From: Gemmatimonadales bacterium
GTDB lineage: Bacteria > Gemmatimonadota > Gemmatimonadetes > Gemmatimonadales > GWC2-71-9
Assembly: GCA_041577295.1 (NCBI GenBank)
Contig: JBFGJG010000002.1
Location: forward strand, 179,167-243,166
Direction of reading: 5' to 3'
DNA: 64,000 nucleotides
Of this stretch, positions 57,976 to 64,000 are shown piece after piece. The translations under genes were made by a program, and so were the position numbers. Every line of letters begins with the position of its first letter. Within the stretch, counting starts at the first letter, position 1. Below the pieces are notes generated by a model. That model worked only from the letters and a program-made list of their open reading frames with translations. It ran no database searches and was not told the DNA's origin.

Positions 57976-60247
57976 CTCGCGCGGCCCCGTCACGCACTGA
58001 TTCGGGGATCGCCCGAACTCCCGGCCACCAGTTCCACCGTCCGGCGATGTGCATGATCGCGGGTACGAGCACCATGCGAATTAACGTCGCGTCCAGCAGC
58101 ACGGCCATGCCGAGCGCAAACCCGAGAAACTGGGCGGCCAGCACACGCGAGAACGTGAAGGCCCAGAACACGATGATCATGATGGCGGCCGCGCTGGTGA
58201 TCACCGACGCAGTCGCTGTCAGCCCCTCCATAGTTGCCTGGTCGTTGCGGTGCGACCGATCGAAAGCCTCCTTGATCCTCGCCAAGAGAAACACTTCGTA
58301 GTCCATGCTCAACCCAAACACCACCGCGAACACCAACACCGGTACCACCACGTAAATGGCTTCTGTGGGTCCGTCCAAGTTAAAGAGGAAAGCCAGCCAC
58401 CCGTACTGAAAAACGAGCACCGTGATGCCAAAGGTCCCCGCCACACACAGGCAATTCATGACCACGGCTTTCAGCGGAACGAGAATCGACTTGAACGCGA
58501 CGAACAGCATTACCGCGGTGGTGATCAGCACGAGTGCAATGACCGAGGGAAACGCGCGCAAAAGCTCTGTCTGGAGGTCGACGCTCGAGGCCGTAAACCC
58601 ACCGACGAACACGTCCACACTTTCGAGCCCTTGCACGCCGGCGTCGACGACCTGTCGAATCCGCTTCACGGTCTGCATCGACCCTGCCAGCGAGGTGGTG
58701 TCGCTCAGGATCACATCGATCAGGGCGGTTCGGGCGTCCTCCGAGAGGTAGGCGGAGAAGAATTCTGGGGCACGAGCGCGCGCGGCCTCGATGTCGCTGT
58801 AGAACATCGTGAGACGCAACGCCGAGATGCCGCGTTGTACGTCCACTGGGCTGCGCACTTGGGCCACGCGCTGGTCCGCGCCGATCGAGTCGGACAGACG
58901 CTTGAATCCGCGAATGTGCCGCGAACCGACGATCTTCTCGCCCTCCTCGGCTTGCAAAACGATCCTGATTGGCTGCAGGGCTCCCCGCGACCCGATGGCT
59001 TCCAAAGCCTGGACCCCGGCGCTGGACTCCGTCTTGCTCGGGAACCATTCAGACCTCGGTAACCCAATCTCGATCAACGTCAGCGGGAACGTGATCAGCG
59101 CTACGATGGTCCCGCCCAGCGCAATCGCCCGCCACGGGTGATGCCCCAGCCACCGCGCCCAACGCTCCCAGCCCGTTGGTTGGTGATACCACGACAGCCG
59201 CTTCGCTAACCAACGAGGTACATCGATGGCGCGACCCATGAACGAGAGGGTGGCGGGCAACAGGGTCACCGCCAAGAGGACGGCGGAGGTGACGACGAGA
59301 AGTCCCCCGATGCCAACCGAGCGCGTTTCGGTGATCGGTGTGATAAGCAGCGACCCAAAGCCTACGATCACCGTGAGCCCGCTGGTCACCACGGCCTTCC
59401 CCGCAGTCTCGATGGCTCGTTCCGCCGCGCCGCGACGACTCCGACCCCGGTTCAACTCCTCCCGGAATCGCGTGACGATGAGCAACGAGTAGTCGATGCC
59501 GACGCCGAGACCCACCATCGTCGTGATGGTCAGGACAAAAACCGACATCGGATAGAAAGACCCGACGACTTGCACAAGCGCTAGTGAGCACGTGATAGCG
59601 AAGACGCCCACTACCAGCGGTAATAACGCCGCGACCAGCGCACCAAACGCCAGGACGAGCACAATTGCCGCGAAGGGCAGTGCGTTGCGCTCACTCCGTT
59701 CCGCGTCGTGCTTGCTGACCGTGCGAACGTCGTAATCGAGTGCCGGGCCACCGGTGACGTTGACCTCGTATGCGCTGGCCCACGGTCGCTCGGAAACACT
59801 GTGGATGGCGTCGCGGAACGCCGGCACATAGTCCGTCGCACGCCTACCAGACGTCGTCTCGACGGTTGCGATGAAAAACGTCGTGCGGCCGTCTGAGCTC
59901 ACCAGGCTCGAGTCCTGTGCGTCCAAATAGGACACCACCCGCGTGATGTACGGCTCGCTCTGGGCCCGGCTCGTTAGGGAGTCGAGGACGGCTCGGTACT
60001 CGGTCGTCTCGATCGACGAAGAACCACTCACGGTCACGGCGAAGAACTCGCCAATGGGCTGAACGAAGGACGAGCGAATCAGTTCATTGGCGCGCTCGGA
60101 ATCGGATTCGTACAGGGAGTGGCCCTGGACTTCGAGCACCTGGTCTACCCGGGAGGCTCGAGGAATCGCAAGCGCCGCAACCACCAACCAAAAAACGATG
60201 ACGGGGTACCGGTAGCGAATGATCCAACGGGCAGGGGGCGCGATCAC
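57878..60247 (-). CDS. MMPL family (RND) transporter
   Basis: GLGVGIDYSLLIVTRFREE and FGLSMDYEVFLLARIKE, DATLIRMVLVPA, GRWNWW. Confidence 0.96.
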   Translation of the reverse strand: MIAPPARWIIRYRYPVIVFWLVVAALAIPRASRVDQVLEVQGHSLYESDSERANELIRSSFVQPIGEFFAVTVSGSSSIETTEYRAVLDSLTSRAQSEPYITRVVSYLDAQDSSLVSSDGRTTFFIATVETTSGRRATDYVPAFRDAIHSVSERPWASAYEVNVTGGPALDYDVRTVSKHDAERSERNALPFAAIVLVLAFGALVAALLPLVVGVFAITCSLALVQVVGSFYPMSVFVLTITTMVGLGVGIDYSLLIVTRFREELNRGRSRRGAAERAIETAGKAVVTSGLTVIVGFGSLLITPITETRSVGIGGLLVVTSAVLLAVTLLPATLSFMGRAIDVPRWLAKRLSWYHQPTGWERWARWLGHHPWRAIALGGTIVALITFPLTLIEIGLPRSEWFPSKTESSAGVQALEAIGSRGALQPIRIVLQAEEGEKIVGSRHIRGFKRLSDSIGADQRVAQVRSPVDVQRGISALRLTMFYSDIEAARARAPEFFSAYLSEDARTALIDVILSDTTSLAGSMQTVKRIRQVVDAGVQGLESVDVFVGGFTASSVDLQTELLRAFPSVIALVLITTAVMLFVAFKSILVPLKAVVMNCLCVAGTFGITVLVFQYGWLAFLFNLDGPTEAIYVVVPVLVFAVVFGLSMDYEVFLLARIKEAFDRSHRNDQATMEGLTATASVITSAAAIMIIVFWAFTFSRVLAAQFLGFALGMAVLLDATLIRMVLVPAIMHIAGRWNWWPGVRAIPESVRDGAARATPPEREVRRDEEPKPGVLPSDPSATPRRVPP

Positions 60248-60434
60248 GCGTGGGCTCCTGGCCGCCGATTAGCTGGTCCGAAATGTGCAACAACTACTGC
60301 TGACATCGATGGCTGCGACCTGGTGGCCCGATCTGAGTGGTTAAGACAAGTGGCTCAAATGATAGAACTTAAATGCCACCTGTGCCAGACGTGAACCTCA
60401 AGGAGCCCGAGCGGCATTGTACCCAGATAGACCG

Positions 60435-61178
60435 ATGCGCATAGGCCGAATTGCAGGACTCGTGGTGATTATCGGAGCGACGGCTCTGCTTCACGGGCCC
60501 ACCCGTGGGGTGCCAGCGCCGGCTCTTGCGCCTGCCGTTCCAACGGCTGGCCGCGCGTCCTCGGCTGCCACGCTGAACCTGGACAGCGTTCGCGCGGTGC
60601 GCCAGCGCATCCTCCTGCGCATCAATACTTCGGATACGTACCTACCGGCCATCCTCACTCGGGGCGACTCGATGCTCAGGCGGTGGCCCGACCGACCTGG
60701 TAAACCGCTGCGCGTGTACGTCGAGGACGGACGGGAATCAGGCGTTGGCCCCGTGCTCCGGCAAAGTGTCTACGATGCCTTCCGACGCTGGGAGCGTGTC
60801 GCCAGTATTCCGGTGCAATTCGCGATGGTGCGCGATTCAGCTGCCGCCGACGTGAAGGTCCGCTGGGTGCGAACCTTTCCGATGCGGCGTGCCGGTCAAG
60901 CGGACGTCGTGTGGAATCGAGACGGTTGGCTCATTCGAGGAACACTCACGCTGGCGACACATACGGCCGATAGTCACGAGCTGTCGTCGTCCGCCGTGTA
61001 CACCGTGGCTCTTCACGAAATCGGTCACCTGCTGGGACTCGGTCACTCGGATTCCCCGGATGACGTGATGTATCCCACCACCTCCGTTCACGACCTCACC
61101 TTCCGAGATCGTCACACGGCACGGTTGCTGTACGCTCTTCCTCCGGGATCGCTTCGTGCTCCTAGCTTGAACCGCTAG
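60435..61178 (+). CDS. matrixin (M10-like) metalloprotease
   Basis: HEIGHLLGLGHS...DVMYP metzincin motif and Met-turn. Confidence 0.93.
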   Translation: MRIGRIAGLVVIIGATALLHGPTRGVPAPALAPAVPTAGRASSAATLNLDSVRAVRQRILLRINTSDTYLPAILTRGDSMLRRWPDRPGKPLRVYVEDGRESGVGPVLRQSVYDAFRRWERVASIPVQFAMVRDSAAADVKVRWVRTFPMRRAGQADVVWNRDGWLIRGTLTLATHTADSHELSSSAVYTVALHEIGHLLGLGHSDSPDDVMYPTTSVHDLTFRDRHTARLLYALPPGSLRAPSLNR

Positions 61179-62677
61179 TCTTCTCTCCGCGTCGTTAGCC
61201 CAACTTCGTCCACCTCTCGTACAATCCGCGCAGCAAAATCGACGTATCGAATCAGACCGTCGAGAGGGAACGTGGGACTCCAACTATCCGCCGGTTGATG
61301 GTACCGGTCCCAATGGCGGCGGAGAGTGGCCGACGAGTCTGCTGACAAATCTTGATAAAGCGCGCCGGGGATAATCAGCCCCGCCGGAACTTGTCGTTGG
61401 ATGAAGGGGAAGAAATCGGAGATTGGTCGCGGACGAGACGGCCGTACGGTCCATCCCTGAGCCGCCGCCACGCGGAGGGCTAATCCGCCTAGTCCGGTAC
61501 TGTCAACTCCGGCGATTTCCCAGCTCACCGGTGCGGCGGGAGGCGCACCAGCGTCCAACGTGAGGACGGCGGTCGTCCGGTCGAGCGGCCACATCGGGTG
61601 TGTCACGTAGTGATCTGATCCGAGCAGTCCGCGCTCTTCCCCGGAGAAGAAGAGAAAGAGGAGAGACCGCTTGAGTGGCCGCAACGTATCCGATCGGAAC
61701 CCCTTGGCGAGTGCCAGGAGCATCGCGACACCCGCGGCGTTGTCCGAGAATCCGTTGTAGATCGAATCGCCGAGACTGTCGGGGGGACCCACGCCGAGGT
61801 GATCGTAGTGTGCTGCCAGAGCGATCACGGTGTCGGCCGCTGCTTCGACGCTCCCCGGCAGCATGCACACCACATTCTGTGCATCGACGTACTCACGTTC
61901 GGCCTCGATCTCGAGACCAACATCAACTCCCAGCCAAGCCGGTGCATCGCGTAACGATCGGCCAGCGCCTCGAAGTCCTTGAATGGCAGCAGGTCCGGCC
62001 ACGACGAGTGGGATGCGCGGCAGGTAAGTGGACCGAACGGAGGGGTCGGCATGGGTCAAGCGCTCGGCGCCGAGTTGGAGCGAGTACCGCGTGAAGATCT
62101 CTGTATCGGGTAGCAGTTGGATGACTCCAACCGCTCCTCTTTGGTGCAGCTGGTTCGCGAGCGGGGGGGCGATGAGTCCCACAGTGAGAATGACGGCCCC
62201 ACGAATATCGATGGAGTCCAAGTTCCCCTCGCCGATGTGCGTGGCCGTCCCGGCAAACAACAAAGAGCCCGCGACGTTCCGGAATGCATCGACGGTTCCA
62301 TGACCCAGCACGATCTGTGGGTGGGTGAGCGAGAGGTTTCGGGGACCTACGGTGAACTTCAGGTTCGTGCCGGCCCCAATACGGAGGCGCTCGAGGGGAA
62401 CTTGCTGGTAAAAGGTATCGGTAACGGGTCGCAGCCCGGCGTCGCGGCACCGGCTTGCGATGTACAGCGCCGCCACATCGGCCTCGGGCGTTCCAGTCGC
62501 ACGTCCCTTGAGCAGATCGTGCGACAGAAAATACGTATCGGCGCGAATGGCCGTGGTATCGACGACCACACTCTGTCCGGCGGCTCGTTCCGTCGCAACG
62601 GTGCCGATCGCGATCAGTGCGCTCAAGCACAGCGCCGTGATCGCGAACCCGCCACCGTGCCGCCTTTCTGGAGACAT
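61175..62677 (-). CDS. M28 family peptidase with PA-like insert
   Basis: AHYDHLG, IYNGFSDNAAG, SGEERGLLGS, SDFFPF, YHQPAD. Confidence 0.93.
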   Translation of the reverse strand: MSPERRHGGGFAITALCLSALIAIGTVATERAAGQSVVVDTTAIRADTYFLSHDLLKGRATGTPEADVAALYIASRCRDAGLRPVTDTFYQQVPLERLRIGAGTNLKFTVGPRNLSLTHPQIVLGHGTVDAFRNVAGSLLFAGTATHIGEGNLDSIDIRGAVILTVGLIAPPLANQLHQRGAVGVIQLLPDTEIFTRYSLQLGAERLTHADPSVRSTYLPRIPLVVAGPAAIQGLRGAGRSLRDAPAWLGVDVGLEIEAEREYVDAQNVVCMLPGSVEAAADTVIALAAHYDHLGVGPPDSLGDSIYNGFSDNAAGVAMLLALAKGFRSDTLRPLKRSLLFLFFSGEERGLLGSDHYVTHPMWPLDRTTAVLTLDAGAPPAAPVSWEIAGVDSTGLGGLALRVAAAQGWTVRPSRPRPISDFFPFIQRQVPAGLIIPGALYQDLSADSSATLRRHWDRYHQPADSWSPTFPLDGLIRYVDFAARIVREVDEVGLTTRRED

Positions 62678-62736
62678 CGGGTGAAGGTACACTACTCGGC
62701 GGCCGGGACCGATACCTAGGCCGAGGAGGTGACAAA

Positions 62737-63933
62737 ATGAAGGCGCTGGCGCTCGTGCTCTTGGCGCAAACAACCCCAGTTGCGGAGATCGACGCTGCGG
62801 TCAACGATGCAATACGCCGTGGGGTGTTCCCGGGGGCCGTTGTGGTTGTGGGAACTGCCAGTCACGTCCTCGTGTGTAAGGGCTACGGGCATTTTACGTG
62901 GTCTCCTTTGAGCCCGGTACCGAGTCCCGACAGCACACTGTTCGATCTCGCCTCGCTCACCAAGGTGATCGCTACCACCCCGGCCGTGATGCGTCTGGTA
63001 GACGATGGTCGCCTGTCGCTCGCTAGCCCGGTCAACGAGTATCTCCCGGGATTCGTCGGTGACGACAAAGAACGGGTGACGGTTCGGCACCTGCTGGAAC
63101 ACCGGTCGGGTCTGCGCGCGTTCTTGCCACTCAACGATCTCACGTCGACAGCGGACGATGCACGTCGCAGGGTTCTGGAACAACCATTGACCTGGGTACC
63201 AGACACTCGCGTGGAGTACAGCGATCTCAATGCCATGCTGCTCGGATGGGTCGTGGAGTCGGTGAGCGCAACATCGCTCGACGAGTTTGCCACGGATCAG
63301 GTCTTCCAACCACTCGCCATGGACCAGACCCTGTACAAGCCGCGGCGCGCGTTGCGCAGGCGGATCGCCCCCGTAGGACTTTGGCGCGGCCATGCGATTG
63401 CGGGAGAGGTGCACGATCAGAATGCCGCCCGGCTTGGTGGTGTCTCGGGACACGCGGGGCTCTATGCCACGGGCGCGGATGTGGCGCGGTACGCGCAGGC
63501 CATTCTCCGGTCTCGACAGAACACGGGCCTTCCGCTTTTCCGTCCCGAGACGGTTCGGCTGTTTACGAGCCGGCGCTCCGGTCATCGCGCGCTCGGGTGG
63601 GAGATGAACGACACCACCACCGCCGATCACACGGGCACCCGGCTGACCAGTGAGGCCTTTGGACATGGCGGCTACACCGGCACCTCGCTGTGGATAGATC
63701 CCGCGCTCGATCTGTTTATCATCGTGCTGACCAACAGAGTGTTTGCTCCCAAAGTCGGGCGATCGATTTCTGCGCTCAAAGGCGTTCGCGGCGCGATCGC
63801 CGATGCAGCCGTCAAATTGCGTGAAGACAAGAAGGCCTCGCCGGTCAAGACGTCGTGTGAACCGCGGGCCGCCAGCGATCGCGATCGCGAGTCGCAGGAT
63901 GCGTGGCTTGGCGGTTCCGCCGCGCGCTACTAA
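62737..63933 (+). CDS. serine hydrolase (beta-lactamase/AmpC-like family)
   Basis: FDLASLTK (SxxK), YSD, LLEHRSGL, GHAGLY, FGHGGYTG. Confidence 0.93.
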   Translation: MKALALVLLAQTTPVAEIDAAVNDAIRRGVFPGAVVVVGTASHVLVCKGYGHFTWSPLSPVPSPDSTLFDLASLTKVIATTPAVMRLVDDGRLSLASPVNEYLPGFVGDDKERVTVRHLLEHRSGLRAFLPLNDLTSTADDARRRVLEQPLTWVPDTRVEYSDLNAMLLGWVVESVSATSLDEFATDQVFQPLAMDQTLYKPRRALRRRIAPVGLWRGHAIAGEVHDQNAARLGGVSGHAGLYATGADVARYAQAILRSRQNTGLPLFRPETVRLFTSRRSGHRALGWEMNDTTTADHTGTRLTSEAFGHGGYTGTSLWIDPALDLFIIVLTNRVFAPKVGRSISALKGVRGAIADAAVKLREDKKASPVKTSCEPRAASDRDRESQDAWLGGSAARY

Positions 63934-64000
63934 CTTTGCTATATATGGACGAAATAGAGCGAGACCAACCGCAGCCGGACGATTCCGAAACCCCAGAACC

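Overview
GC-rich bacterial chromosomal window containing the replication origin. Gene content suggests Gemmatimonadota (Hanks kinase-PD40 fusion, orphan chemoreceptors, holA-SPOR-mutS-tonB-cbs run); this is an inference, not a database result. The core is mnmE-yidC-yidD-rnpA-rpmH / dnaA-oriC-dnaN, plus rnpB, tRNA-Phe, polA, mutS, holA, upp, pyrE, ddl, queD, lepB, pruA, ndh, an ECF sigma/anti-sigma pair and many envelope proteins. I saw no mobile element, prophage or CRISPR array. Main leads: (1) an unannotated ~250-nt multibranched RNA candidate with its own terminator, converging on an archease-rtcB pair and downstream of a DnaA-box cluster about 41 kb from oriC; (2) a Cyc2-like cytochrome-porin fusion paired with a CX4CH lipoprotein cytochrome; (3) an in-frame amber codon in yidC; (4) a recurring intergenic AAGY-N15-RCTTA dyad, many leaderless-type -10 boxes and two sigma54 promoters; (5) two-component-like folds lacking their phospho-His/Asp. 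Products are assigned from recognised motifs only, start codons were chosen by eye, and RNA structures were paired manually.
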